From: Chiloscyllium plagiosum
Taxonomy: Eukaryota
Direction of reading: 5' to 3'
Length of the DNA stretch: 63,474 bases
NCBI RefSeq assembly: GCF_004010195.1
Contig: NC_057719.1
Coordinates: 82,693,060 to 82,756,533, forward strand
The notes under the pieces are model-generated. The model worked only from the letters and a program-made list of their open reading frames with translations. It was not told where the DNA came from and ran no database searches. A program made the translations under genes and the position numbers. Below, piece after piece: positions 63,031 through 63,474 of this stretch. The first letter of the stretch is position 1. Each line of letters opens with the position of its first letter.

Positions 63031-63086
63031 TCTCTCTCTCTCTCTCTCTCTCACTCACTCTCTCTCTCTCTCTCTTCTCTCTCTCT
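63031..63086. repeat. (TC)n microsatellite
   Basis: Read directly from the sequence. Confidence 0.95.
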
Positions 63087-63276
63087 GTTATGGTATGGAC
63101 CAGACCAACCCCCTCCTAATACTTTACCAAGGTAGCCTAGACCCTAACTAGTCTTATTTTGAAAGGTAGATATAAAGTGCCATGTTCCAGATGCAATGCG
63201 ACTGGTCACACTACTTGATGATAAGCAAAACACAATTTATTTAAACACAGTAGTTCAAAGTTGTTGACAGTGAGGA

Positions 63277-63474
63277 AGGATGTTACAGCAGGATATAGAT
63301 AAGTTGCAGAGCTGGGCAGAAAGGTGGCAAATTGAGTTCAATGTAGGTAAGTGTGAGGTGATTCACTTTGGTAAGAGTAACAAAAAGACGGGGTACTGGG
63401 CTAATGGTCGGATACTTGGTAGTGTGGATGAGCAGAGGGATCTTGGTGTCCATGTACACAGATCTCCGAAAGTT
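63277..63474 (+). mobile_element. CR1 LINE RT fragment running off the window end
   Basis: LQQDIDKLQSWAERWQIEFNVGKCEVIHFG and QRDLGVHVH. Confidence 0.88.

Overview
This is vertebrate genomic DNA. The repeat content (HE1/V-type SINEs, CR1/HER1-like LINEs, Deu-domain SINE pieces) points to a shark or other cartilaginous fish; the taxon is inferred. The only host gene is a + strand WD40 gene matching MAPKBP1 (JNKBP1, the WDR62 paralog). Seven internal coding exons with GT-AG boundaries and compatible phases lie at 35369-35431, 35852-35909, 52967-53137, 54268-54405, 56225-56407, 59331-59348 (an 18-nt microexon, NADSTT) and 62608-62768. I found no earlier exon, so 1-35368 is probably one large intron, and the gene continues past the window end. 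The remainder is mostly decayed transposons (CR1 with an esterase ORF1, Rex/Babar, Tx1-like, two tRNA-SINE families, pogo-like MITEs, LTR fragments) plus minisatellites. The main hidden signal is a set of Penelope-like element (PLE) terminal repeats carrying minimal type-I hammerhead ribozyme motifs. One intact motif sits in a 414-bp spacer-less palindrome that inserted, with a 16-bp target-site duplication, into another hammerhead motif. All family assignments come from motif recognition; no database search was run.
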